DNA of 48,269 bases from Candidatus Altimarinota bacterium (GTDB taxonomy: Bacteria > Patescibacteriota > Gracilibacteria > Absconditabacterales > Absconditicoccaceae): NCBI GenBank assembly GCA_027013285.1, contig JALUXR010000055.1:1-48269 (forward strand), read 5' to 3'. Below, piece by piece: positions 1 to 10,756 of this stretch. Position numbers and translations under genes: made by a program. How positions within the stretch are numbered: the stretch's first letter is position 1; each line of letters starts with the position of its first letter. The notes beneath the pieces were generated by a model. It had not been told where the DNA came from. It saw only the letters and a list, made by a program, of their open reading frames with translations, and did not search any database.

Positions 1-2
1 TA

Positions 3-365
3 TTTGCTCCTTATATGTGAAAAACTTATGATTATACTGAAGTAATTGTAGTTATTTTTTTATGATTAACTTTGTTTTATCTTTTTAAAATGTTTAAGTA
101 TGAATATACCATAAAAGATAATGCTTTGTTTATTAAATGACCTTTTCAACATTATAAAATACCATTTGCAGATATAGAAAAAGTTTGAGAGATAAAAAAT
201 ATTCCATTACATTATAAGATAGGTATGAAATTTAATTCTCTTTCAAAAATATTGTATCTTTGTGGTTATGTAGATAAATGAATTATTTTAAAATTAAAAA
301 CTCACGATATAGTAATTTGCCCAAGAAAATATAAAGATTTTTTCGAAAAACTTAAAAATATATAA
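3..365 (+). CDS. hypothetical protein, C-terminal fragment (5' end outside window)
   Basis: Frame 3 is open from the window edge to TAA 363-365 once TGA is read as sense (5 in-frame TGA). A terminator hairpin follows. No family recognised with confidence. Confidence 0.45.
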
Positions 366-382
366 AAAAATATTGATATTTA

Positions 383-411
383 CCTACAACTTAGATTGTA
401 GGTTTTTTTTA
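383..411 (+). terminator. rho-independent terminator
   Basis: Stem CCTACAA / TTGTAGG (383-402) followed by a T8 run. Confidence 0.7.
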
Positions 412-495
412 TTTTTGTCAATAGACTATATTTGTAAGTTTTAAGATTTTTTTTATAATAGTTTCAAATGATTTATAAATAAAAATAAAAAATAA

Positions 496-2517
496 ATGAG
501 AAAGTTAGCTTTAATTTTGATTTCAGTATTTACATTAAATATTTTTTTGAACACATTAGTTTTTTGAGAAAATCTAGATGAACTTATAAAACAACATGAA
601 CAAAAAATAGAGAAACAAAAAAAACTTCAAAAAGAAAAAACTATGCAAGCTTGGATGAAACAAAAACAACAGATGATAAAAGATATTTATAATCAAACAA
701 ATATTGCTTATCTTATGGATTTAAATCAAGCAGCACAACAATTATCAAATATTTCTTCAAAATTGGAAGATACAAGTTTAAGTTATAGAAGTATAAAAAT
801 TCAAAAAAACAATATTGACAAAAAATATAAGGCAGTTCTCGAAGCTGCTAAACAAGTAATAATTAAATTAAGAGAGAAAGATCTACAAATGAAGAAAAAA
901 CTATTAAAAATTCAAATTTTATCAAAAGAATTAGAAAATTTAAAAAATCAAATATCAGAGATAAAAACAACTATCTATATTTCAAAACAACAAGTAGCTA
1001 AATATGTTTCAGTTTTGTATAAAATAAATAATGAATATTATAATTCTGTAGATAGTTTGGATGATATAAAGTTATTGTTAAAAAGTTCAAATATATCACA
1101 AACATTATCACAGGAAGATATTTTGAAATTACTATCATTGAAAACACAGGAATTACTTATAAAACTCGAAAAATCTCAAAAAATAAAAAGTAATTTTCTT
1201 AGGAAAATTTACATTACAAGGGTTGAATATATAAATACAGTTAATGAATATAAAACAGAGCTAACAATCTTAAATAATAAAAGAAAAATGTTGGTAGATT
1301 TACTAACTATGTTAAAAACTAATAAAAAAGCAGTAGATAAATATTACGATAGAATTTTTAAAAAGAGGGTAAATTTGAAGAAAAGACAAGTAGAATTACT
1401 TAATTCTATCAAAGATACTAAAAATTGAACTTGAAATTCTATCCATACAAAGGCCATAGATTTATCTGCTATACTAAAATATACTACTCAACCAGATGGT
1501 GATAAGTTTTTTAATTGGCCTTCAAGAGATTATAGAAAGATTACTGCATATTTTCATGATAAAAATTATTTTAAAAAATTTGGTTGGCAACATGATGGTA
1601 TAGACATAGCTATGCCTCAATGAACACCTATTTATGCACCTGCAGCTGGTTATGTTTATAAAGTTGTAGATAATAATTCAACTTATTATAATTATATAGT
1701 TATAGTTCATAATTATTGATATATTTCTATTTATGGTCATATTTCAAAAGCTTTGGTTAAAAAATGACAAATTGTAAAAAGAGGGCAGATTATAGCTTTG
1801 TCAGGTGGAGAGAAATGAACTAGATGATCTTGAAAGATGTCTACTTGACCACATTTGCATTTTGAATTATATAAAAATTGACAACATATAGATCCTTTAT
1901 CTGTTTTGGACTTATCAGTTTATCCAAATAAACAAGATGTTCCTGAGAAATGGAGACTTAAATATATCAAAGATTCTTTGACTAGAAAAGTTGATTTGTC
2001 AAATATAAGATATTATCCAAAATGACTTATTCATAAACAAAGAGAACAATTATTTCTTAGAAGAGCTGCAAGTTGATTTAGTAATCTTACAGGTTGGGTA
2101 AGTAAATGAAAACAATTATGAATAGATCCAGATGTTGCAATATGTATTGGGTATGCAGAAAGTTGATTAGGGCACAATATGTCTAGTCCAAATAATGTTT
2201 GAAATGTTTGAAATAATGACAGATGAGATAGAGTTTGATTTGCAACTCCGCAAGATTGAATAAATGCTATTTATTATGCCTTAAATAATAAATACTTATC
2301 AAAATATTTTACAATAGACAGATTATCAAGATATTGAAACAAGGATAGTCATATTTATTCATCTTCATCATATAATTGGTATAAAAATGTAGTTAAGTGT
2401 CTTACAATTATAAAATGATATCCGATAAATGAATTATATCCATTTAGAATATTATCAAACAGTGAAAAAAGAAAATTAGCAAAAATAAAGAATATTAAAT
2501 TAGCTAATAAAAAATAG
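496..2517 (+). CDS. secreted coiled-coil M23/LytM peptidoglycan endopeptidase with C-terminal glucosaminidase/muramidase-like region
   Basis: ATG 496, TAG 2515-2517; track ORF 643-1428 is only its coiled-coil part. Signal-like N-terminus MRKLALILISVFTLNIFL. M23 motifs HDGIDIAMPQGTPIYAPAAGYV and GPHLHFELYKNGQHIDP, with several G encoded by TGA. The C-terminal IGYAESGLGHNM..NVGNVGN resembles glucosaminidase/FlgJ-type domains. Confidence 0.85.
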
Positions 2518-2562
2518 AATATATTAATTATACTGGATTTATTTCAGTATTTTTTATGTTAA

Positions 2563-2589
2563 AAAGCACCTAAAATAAAAAAGTGCTAT
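2563..2589. promoter_or_regulatory. CIRCE-like inverted repeat 1 (putative HrcA operator)
   Basis: AGCAC (2565-2569) - 13 nt - GTGCT (2583-2587). This is the same arm spacing as the CIRCE consensus TTAGCACTC-N9-GAGTGCTAA. The right arm matches 7/9; the left arm is weaker. Confidence 0.4.
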
Positions 2590-2594
2590 TTTTC

Positions 2595-2622
2595 TTGATT
2601 TTTGAAAATAAATTATTATAAA
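2595..2622 (+). promoter_or_regulatory. sigma70-like promoter upstream of clpB
   Basis: TTGATT (2595-2600) - 16 nt - TATAAA (2617-2622), lying between the two CIRCE-like elements. Confidence 0.4.
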
Positions 2623-2623
2623 T

Positions 2624-2650
2624 ATAGCACACTAATTTATTTAGTGCTAT
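2624..2650. promoter_or_regulatory. CIRCE-like inverted repeat 2 (putative HrcA operator)
   Basis: aTAGCACaC-taatttatt-tAGTGCTAt. Both arms match the CIRCE consensus 7/9 with a 9-nt spacer. It sits immediately after the -10 box and 68 nt before the clpB ATG. Confidence 0.55.
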
Positions 2651-2717
2651 TAAAATAAATTGAAAATAGAAATTAATAGTTTAGAATTTATACATTTATA
2701 TATTAAGCAAAATAAAT

Positions 2718-5372
2718 ATGCCAAATTTTAATATTTATACAACAAAAGCTTCTGAAGCTGTTCAGACTGCTCATGATATGGCTTTGGAAAAGAAAAATTC
2801 AAATATGGATACATATCATTTACTTATTTCTATGCTTGAGCAAGACGATGGATATGTTCCTATGATTTTGAAGAAATTAGATGTTGATACAAAACAATTA
2901 AAATTAGATTTACAAAATAAGATAGCAAATTTGCCTTCTGTAAGTTGAAATTATCAAATTTGATTGTCTTATCAGTTAAATACAGTTTTTTCTACTGCAG
3001 AAAATTTAATGGAACAAATGGGTGATCAATATGTAACTACTGAACATTTACTTCTTGCTATGTTAAAAGATAATACAGATGTTGCAAAAGAGTTTTTGCT
3101 ACCTTTAAATATTTCTTATGATAAGGTTAAAGAAACAATAGATAGTTATAGAAATGGAGAAACTATCCAATCTCAGGATCCTGAAGCTACTATGGATACT
3201 TTAAAAAAATATGGTAGAGATTTGACAGATTTAGCTGAAGAATGAAAACTTGATCCTGTAATTGGTAGAGAAGAAGAAATGAGAAGAACTATTCAAATTT
3301 TATCAAGAAGATGAAAAAATAATCCTGTTCTTGTTTGAGATGCTTGAGTTGGTAAAACAGCAATTATAGAATGACTAGCTTTAAAAATTGTAAAATGACA
3401 AGTGCCTGATAGTCTTTTAAATAAAAGAATTATAGAGCTTGATATGTGAGCTTTGATGGCTGGAACAAAATATAGAGGTGAATTTGAAGAAAGATTGACT
3501 GCAATTATGAAAGAGTTAGAAAAAGCAGAATGACAAGTTATTTTATTTATAGATGAAATACACACAGTAGTAGGTGCTGGTAAAACAGAAGGTTCTATGG
3601 ATATGTGAAATATGTTGAAACCTGCATTAGCAAGATGATTTTTGAAAGTTGTCGGAGCTACTACTATTACTGAATATAGACAAAATATTGAAAAAGACCC
3701 TGCTTTGGAAAGAAGATTTCAACCTGTTTATGTAGATGAACCATCAAAAGAAGATGCAATTGCTATTTTAAGATGAATTAAGTGAGCTTATGAAACTCAT
3801 CATGGAGTAAGAATTACAGATGGTGCTATAGTTGCTTGTGTTGAATTGTCTATGAAATATATTGCAGATAGAAAACTTCCAGATAAAGCTATTGATCTTA
3901 TGGATGAAGCAGCTGCAAGTGTAAAAATGTGAATTTCTTCTCAACCAGAAGAATTATTAGTATTAGATAGGAAAATTAGAACATTAGAAATAGAAAAAGA
4001 GAGTTTAAAAATGGAACTTTGAGATGATAAAAAAGACAAAAAAGAGACAAAAAGAATAAAAGAAATAGAAAAAGAGCTTTCTTGATTAGTAGAAGAGTAT
4101 AATACTATGAAAGCTGAATGGGAAAGTGAAAGACAATTAGTTATTGATAGTAAAAAATTGAAAGAAGAAATTAAAAAACTTGAGCATGAAGCAGAAATAG
4201 CTGAAAAACAAACAGATTATAACAAAGTTGCTGAAATTAGATATGGTAAAATTCCTAAAGTTAAAAATGAATTAAAGAAGTTAGAAGAAGATATTGAAAA
4301 AGCAAAAACAGAATGAAGACTTGTAATTAAAGATATAGTTGAACCAGAAGATATTGCAGCTGTAGTATCAAAATGGACAGGTATACCAGTTACAAAATTA
4401 GTTCAATCTGAAAGAGATAAATTAGCACATTTGGAAGATTATTTATCTCAAAAAGTTATTTGACAAGATCATGCTATTAAATCTGTTGCAAATGCAATTA
4501 GAAGATCAAGAGCTTGATTACAAGATGCAAATAGGCCTATTGGTAGTTTCTTGTTCTTATGACCTACATGAGTTGGTAAGACAGAACTTGCAAAAGCATT
4601 AGCTCAATTTTTGTTTGATGATGAAAAATCACTTACAAGAATAGATATGTCTGAATATATGGAAAAACATTCAGTTTCAAAATTAATTGGTGCTCCTGCC
4701 GGTTATGTTGGTTATGAAGAATGATGACAACTTACAGAAGCTGTGAGAAGAAGACCTTTTTCAGTAATATTATTTGATGAAGTTGAAAAGGCTCATCCAG
4801 ATGTTTTCAATATTTTATTACAAATATTAGATGATGGAAGACTTACAGATAGTAAGGGTAAGACAGTAGATTTTACAAATACTATTATTATACTTACATC
4901 AAATTTATGAGCAAATGAAATTATGGATAAGATGCAAGATTCTTTGAAAGACGGTGATTTTACTTCTCAAGAAGCTGATAAAGTAAGAGAAAGTTTAGAA
5001 AAATCATTGATGGATAATTTACAAAATTTCTTTAAGCCAGAATTCTTAAACAGGCTTGATGATATTATTGTATTCAACCCATTATCTGATAAAGTATTAA
5101 GGATGATTGTAGATATTCAAGTTAAGAAATATGTTAGGATGCTCGAAGAAGAGAAAGATATTAAACTAACTTTAACAGAAAAATCAAAAGATTTCTTAGC
5201 AAAAGTTGGTTGGGATCCAATCTTTGGTGCAAGACCATTGAAAAGAGCTATTCAAAAATATTTATTAAATACTTTGTCTTTGGATATCATATCTTGAAAG
5301 ATTACAGAATGATCTGATGTAAGAGTTGATAAATCTGATAAAGAAGAGAAATTGGTATTTAAAGTTAAATAA
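2718..5372 (+). CDS. clpB: ATP-dependent chaperone ClpB
   Basis: Track fragments 2718-2948, 2964-3245, 4107-4316 and 4923-5297 share one frame and join when TGA is read as Gly. Motifs: [17 protein letters not shown]; Walker A GDAGVGKTA (TGA at 3336 and 3345); second Walker A GPTGVGKTE; a long middle coiled coil. Stop TAA 5370-5372. Confidence 0.97.
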
Positions 5373-5377
5373 AAAAA
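5345..5377 (+). repeat. direct repeat copy A (last 9 codons of clpB plus stop and A-run)
   Basis: AGAGAAATTGGTATTTAAAGTTAAATAAAAAA recurs at 5969-6001 with a single T/C mismatch. Confidence 0.9.
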
Positions 5378-5411
5378 TATCCCTAAGAGTAAAATCCTGG
5401 GGATTTTTTGA

Positions 5412-5442
5412 TAAAAAAAAGTATAGCAATTTGTACTATACT
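5412..5442 (-). terminator. rho-independent terminator for the minus-strand gene 5499-5882
   Basis: Plus-strand A8 run followed by stem AGTATAG (5420-5426) / CTATACT (5436-5442). On the minus strand this reads as a hairpin followed by U8. Confidence 0.6.
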
Positions 5443-5498
5443 TTGTGGTGTTTTAGTTTTTACTTTATGTATTTAATAATTCTTATAATTTTTTAGTA

Positions 5499-5882
5499 TT
5501 AATTTTTTGTTTTATTAAAATCTATTATATATTTTTTACCATTTTTTGTTCAGTTTTTATATGTAAAATATATTCAATTTTTATCTTTTCAAATAACTCC
5601 ATAATAATCTGCTTCAACTAAATATTTTGTTTTAATTTCTCTATTTCATTCTTTTATTCAATTAGGTATATATCAAATTAAACATTTTCATCATCATGTT
5701 TTTGTAAAATAAAAATATTTATTAATATATTCTTTAGTGCCTTCTACAGATTTTAAAGCCCTTATAAGTTCATCACTAGCATTATCAACAGTGCTATCAA
5801 ATCAAGTTCATTCTTCTTGTTTAGTTTGAGCTTCTATTTCTTCTGGTGTTAAACTAGGTATTCATGTTAAATCTTTAGCCAT
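5499..5882 (-). CDS. hypothetical 127-aa protein (cargo of the cassette at the clpB 3' end)
   Basis: ATG at 5882-5880, TAA at 5501-5499. I checked every in-frame triplet and found no TAA/TAG but many TGA. Translation starts MAKDLTGIPSLTPEEIEAQTKQEEGTGFDS and ends YYGVIGKDKNGIYFTYKNGTKNGKKYIIDFNKTKN. Absent from the ORF track. No family recognised. Confidence 0.65.
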
Positions 5883-5968
5883 TTTTATTATTTTTTAATA
5901 AGTAAAATATAAACTATTACAATTATCTTATAACTAAAAAGTTTTTTTTGTCAAATTTTTTGTGTCAA

Positions 5969-6001
5969 AGAGAAACTGGTATTTAAAGTTAAATAAAAAA
6001 G
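5969..6001 (+). repeat. direct repeat copy B (orphan copy of the clpB 3' end)
   Basis: 31/32 identical to 5345-5377. Followed by a good terminator at 6007-6036. Confidence 0.9.
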
Positions 6002-6006
6002 TTTAT

Positions 6007-6036
6007 AACTAGTCTAGTATTTGGGCTAGTTTTTTG
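6007..6036 (+). terminator. rho-independent terminator (probably the ancestral clpB terminator)
   Basis: Stem AACTAG (6007-6012) / CTAGTT (6026-6031) followed by a T run. Confidence 0.6.
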
Positions 6037-6053
6037 TTAAATAAAAAAATAAA

Positions 6054-6455
6054 ATGTTAGAAAAAAATGAATTAATTGAAATTACTAAATTAAGAAAAAA
6101 TAAAATTACTGAAAGATTATATTTTGAGGTTTTTTGTTTTCTTATAAAATCAGAATTTTTGTATAAAAAAATTAAAAATAAAGAACATTATATAAGATTG
6201 AAAAATATTAGTTTTCATGTTACAAAAACAGAATTGAAAGAAACTTATCAAATGATAAAATTGCTTACAAAAAGAAGAAGAACAAAAGATGAACAAAAAT
6301 TTATTCAAGAACAATTAAAAGATTTATGAAGAATTTGAATTGTTGGGACAGTTTGAGTTGTACCTTGATGAATAATATTAGGTATAATTTTACAAAAATT
6401 ATGATTAAAATATAGTGTATCTGCTTATGATGAGTTTAAAGATAAAGAAAAATAG
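6054..6455 (+). CDS. hypothetical small membrane protein
   Basis: Track ORF 6054-6329 extends through TGA codons to TAG 6453-6455. The C-terminal Gly-rich hydrophobic segment is GRIGIVGTVGVVPGGIILGIILQ. Confidence 0.7.
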
Positions 6456-6458
6456 TAA

Positions 6459-8360
6459 ATGTTTTATAATATTAAATTAATTAAAATGAAAGTATTACCA
6501 GAAGTTATAAATCTTTATAAAGAAACTTTTGCTCCTTTGAAAAATATGTTTGATGAATTTAAGAAAACTTGAAAAATAAATATAATTATAACTGATTTTT
6601 TGAATGAATTAGGTTTGAAAGAAAATGAAAAAACAATTTATGTAGCATGTGAAAGAATTGCAAATTTAAAAACACCTATTTTAAAATCTTATTTAGATGA
6701 ATCTGATAAAAAAGTAGAAGAAAATATTAAAACTTTAAAAGTAGGTATTCCAAATACATTACAAGATAAACAAAAAATACTTCAAAAAGCATATATTTTT
6801 ACATCAAATTTATATACTGAATATTTTCAAATATTTATTGAAAATGTAAAAGAAAAAAATTTATTAGATGATTTTTATATTACTTTATTAGAATGAAGTT
6901 TAGAAGTTGCAAATGTTTTTAATGATTTTTATTTTGTTTGGTCAGAATATATAGAAAAACAAAATGATATCTTAGATAAAATGTTTTGAAATGATAGTGA
7001 GAAAATAATGACTTATTTAAAAGAAAAGAATTTGTTAGAAAAAGATGAAAATAGAAATTATACCGATAGATCATATACTGTTTTGAAATGATGAATAATG
7101 TTTTCTTATGCACAAGTTTTCCCAAATCAAATAAATAAAATTTCACAAGCTATAGATGATTTTGTAGAAAATTTACAAGATAAAAAAAATAAAGAAAAAC
7201 AGGATATTATAAATTATTTACAAGCTATTAAAGAAGCTTATTTGGAAACTGATACTACAAAACTTTTGAGAAAATGGGAAAAGGTAGATGAATTATGGAT
7301 GCAAATTAAGTGACCTTTTCAAATAGTTCATCCTATGGAATATTATGATGATAAATATAGAAAAGCAGTTCAACCTGAATTTGATATTAGGATTTTGGAT
7401 ACTGAAACATTACAGTCAAATGTTCAACAAGATGTATCTTTTATGTTTGATGAATTATTTAGTAAATTTAATAAAGAAAAATATGAGGAAATTTATAATT
7501 TCTCAAAAGAAAGTTTTTCTCGTGTTTTATTGTTTGTATCTGAACCAGTAATCTATGGAGGTGGTTATATGAACTGACTTTTTTCTGCACAAGTAGTTCC
7601 AAATGATGAAAAAATTAGTGAAAAGTTTGGTAAAAAGATATTTGCTTTCCCAAATAAAGTAAGAGCTGAACAACAAAAAGCTCCTTTAAAAAAACATACA
7701 GTTTTAACTTTTGATAAAGATATTATTGAAGAATATAAAGATATTTTGAATGATTCACAAACTTATTATAAAATTTACGATATAGAAACTATATGACATG
7801 AGTTTGGGCACACACTTTGGATGGGAAATGAAACAGAAGTGAAGATGAATTTTAAAACTTGAAATTTTAAAAATATAGAAGAATGGAAAGCAACAACTTG
7901 ATGATTGGTGGCTTATTTTTATAAAGTTCAGACTCAATTATGAGAGTCCGGACTTGAACAAGAACTTTCTGAATCTGATAAAAAATTGATGTTAATGCAC
8001 TTTAGAAGAAGTGTAGCTTTGATGGAACGGAAAAATTTTGATGAGGTTGCTCCATATTATAATGAAGGACTTATACATTTGGATATCTTGTTTAAATCAG
8101 ATGTTTTACAAATAAAAGACAATAAAGTTTACTTTAATCTAACAGTTCAAACTTATAAAAAATTAAAAGATTTATATTTGAAAACTTATAAAAAACTTAT
8201 TGAAACTTATTTGAATAAAAAAGATGCAGGAGAATTTTTGTTTGATTACATAATTACAGATAAAAATAATTATAACTTACCAAAAGATGATAATCTTAGA
8301 AAATTTGTAATACATTATCAAGAAATATTTGAAAAATATGGAAATGAAGTAGTTAAATAA
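6459..8360 (+). CDS. putative zinc metallopeptidase (HEFGH motif)
   Basis: Track ORFs 6600-6896, 7098-7313, 7335-7577 and 7986-8360 are in one frame and join via TGA codons. Motif ETIGHEFGHTLW, with EEWKATTGG about 25 residues downstream. Start ATG 6459 (alternative ATG 6486). Stop TAA 8358-8360. Confidence 0.8.
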
Positions 8361-8810
8361 AAGTAGCTAAATATCTTTAATTTATTTAATATTAGAAATA
8401 TGGAATTTCTTGTGCATGTGATACCTTGAAGTAAACAAATTTTAGTTAAAAAAGATGGTAAAGATTTGTTGACAAATAGAGATATTTATAAAGTAAAACT
8501 TACTGCGAAACCTATAAATGGAGAAGCAAATAAACAACTTATAGAAGTGTTGGTGGATTTCTTTAAGACAAAAAGAAGATTTATAGAAATTGATAAATGA
8601 GCTAGTAGTAGGTTAAAACTTGTAAAAATAATTGAAAATTAAAAATACTTTTGTACAATTAAATCAATTTTAATTTTTTATTAAAATATTATGAAAACAC
8701 CTTATATTTGGAAAAATGGAGAGTTTATAGCTTGGGATGATGCTTTGGACCATAATATTACTCATTCTTTACATTATGGTAGTTGAGTTTTTGAATGAAT
8801 TAGATTTTAT
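8355..8810 (+). repeat. 456-bp direct repeat, left copy
   Basis: Base-for-base identical to 10757-11212 by line-by-line comparison (offset 2402). Confidence 0.95.
8400..8642 (+). CDS. DUF167 (YggU-like) family protein, copy 1
   Basis: MEFLVHVIPGSKQILVKKDGKDLLTNRDIYKVKLTAKPINGEANKQLIEVLVDFFKTKRRFIEIDKGASSRLKLVKIIEN, the typical DUF167 pattern. Lies inside the repeat. Confidence 0.8.
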
Positions 8811-8822
8811 TATTCTTCATAA
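8691..8822 (+). pseudogene. truncated 5' fragment of ilvE (first 40 codons, then 3 foreign codons and a stop)
   Basis: Identical to the start of the intact ilvE at 11093. The frame leaves the repeat at 8811 and ends at TAA 8820-8822. Confidence 0.85.
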
Positions 8823-8891
8823 GTCCCATAGATTAAGGAGTAAAATTTATAATATTACTTATCACCTAATATTATAATCTTCTATGGGGCT
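8822..8891 (+). other. 70-nt two-tier hairpin at the left edge of the insertion
   Basis: Outer stem AGTCCCATAGA (8822-8832) / TCTATGGGGCT (8881-8891), 11 bp with one G-U. Inner perfect 10-bp stem TATAATATTA (8848-8857) / TAATATTATA (8867-8876) with a 9-nt loop. Followed by a T-rich tract. Confidence 0.6.
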
Positions 8892-8911
8892 TTTAAAATT
8901 GTAATTTTTTT

Positions 8912-8939
8912 TTGACAAAATAATAAAAATAAATAAACT
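8912..8939 (+). promoter_or_regulatory. candidate promoter for the insertion gene
   Basis: TTGACA (8912-8917) - 16 nt - TAAACT (8934-8939). The AT-rich context makes specificity low. Confidence 0.3.
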
Positions 8940-8970
8940 AAACATAGTTTTAAAAAAATAAAAACAAAAA

Positions 8971-10737
8971 ATGAAAGAACATATAGAAAAGGAAGTACAA
9001 AATAATAAAAGTATTACCCCTGTTGAAACAGACCTTTTTAATTCACTTGCTATACCTGAAAATTTTTCAGATTTTTTAAATAGACTGAAAAAATATACTC
9101 AAAACTTAGATTGTCATAATACAAAAACTTGTTTAGAAAATATATTATCCATTTTCTCAAATATGAAAATACCATCATATAGTAATATAATTCAAAAAAT
9201 TGGGAATTTTGATAATAAAAATGGAAATATATTCGAAATAATTAAAAGTAAAGAAATTGAAAATTTTGAATGAGAAGTAGTAAGCATAAGTTTTGATGCA
9301 ATATGAAGTACAAGTTTAGATTCAAGTACTTTGAAAGAATTTATGAAACAAGTTATTTATACAGTAAATATTTTTGAAAATCTGTATAAAAATGAGTGAT
9401 TACAAATGTTTTCTATAAATTGAGATGAAATTCATATTTGATTTTTTTCAAACAAATTAACACAAAAAGAAAAAGTAGAAATTTTCCAATTATTGTCTAT
9501 GATTTTACATTTGATAACTTGAAAAGGATTTCACCATGTAATGTTAGCTTGGGAAAAAGAAAAATGAGAAGGCATCACTGCTGTTTTCCAAGAAAATATT
9601 GCAAATACTATTGTAAGTGAATCTTATAGTTGAGAATACAAAAAAAGCAAAAAATCCAAACTTCCAAATTATATTCAAACAAAATTACTGAAAGAAAAAG
9701 AGCAAATATCACAACTACTATATGGTTTAAATATAAAACCATATTTAAAAATAGATTTTAATAAACTTGAAGAAAATATAGATTATCTTGAAGAAAATAA
9801 TATTCCACTACACAGATTACTAACAAAAATAATCATAAATTATATTTCAAATAACTTACAAAACAAAGAAGTCAATTTATTAGAAAATAAAGAAATAGAA
9901 GTAGTTGAATTTAACAAATGAAAAAAAATAATTTCTTATTGAGAAAAAAATAGTAAGTTATATTTAGTTTTAAATTGAAATGTAGAAATCCAAATTTTTT
10001 GAAATCCAAATTTAGCAAAATATTCTTCTTGAAAAACAATTTTATGAGAAATGTCTATGTATGGAAGACCTGCTAATGCAAATGTAATAGCAGATAGTAA
10101 AGTGAAAACTTTAAAAATAAATAAAAAATTTATAGAAGATATGCTTGTCTGAAATATAATAATAGATGCAAGGTTTACAAAACAATTGGATATATTGTTA
10201 AAAAAATATATTAAGTGAAGAGAAAATTACAATTTACTAATAAATCAATATTTCCAAGAATTAATTAACTATTGAAATAAACCTTTAAGTGAAATATTTG
10301 AAATTTGGAACTTATTTTTGGAAATTTTGCTAAAATCTGAAAAAACATATAAAAAAGCAGAAAATAAACCATTAACTTATAAATGAAAAGAAAACGATAA
10401 ATTATACTTTTTGAGGAAATGAACTATTGTAAGAAAAAATGAAATAAAATTTACATTAGAAAATGATGAATTAATATGAGAAAACACATTTTTACAATAT
10501 ATTAGCTGAAATACAAATCCAAAAGCAAATGCTAGTATAGAAATTGTTGATTGAAAAATAATAGAAATGGATTTTGGGGAAGTTATAAAAGTTTTAGAAA
10601 AAGAGAAAATGGATATAAGTAAATTCCAAGAAGTTTTGGAAAAGATAGCAAAATTAAGAGAAAATAACAATGATTTTGTTTGATTTTGATGAAAAAAAGT
10701 TTTTTCTGGAACTAGTCCTTTCAAAAAAGCAGCCTAA
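8971..10737 (+). CDS. 588-aa protein: nucleotidyl-cyclase-like palm region followed by two cyclic-nucleotide-binding-like domains
   Basis: Verified codon by codon from ATG 8971 to TAA 10735-10737, with 25 in-frame TGA by my count. Only the first 100 aa appear in the track. Motifs: VVSISFDAIGSTSL (9277-9318), INGDEIHIGFF (9415-9447), ENIANTIVSES, GEMSMYGRPANANVIA (10045-10092), GENTFL..NPKANASIEIV (10477-10548). Confidence 0.85.
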
Positions 10738-10756
10738 GATTTCCTCTCCTTCCTAG

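Noticed and set aside
3293-3565. Track ORF on the minus strand inside clpB
   Set aside because: It lies antisense to a fully conserved clpB segment (Walker A region). It has a low-complexity, hydrophobic composition typical of a shadow ORF.
8811-10756. Calling the insertion a classical IS, transposon or prophage fragment
   Set aside because: It has no transposase, integrase, terminal inverted repeats or phage genes. The flanking duplication is 456 bp, far longer than a target-site duplication.
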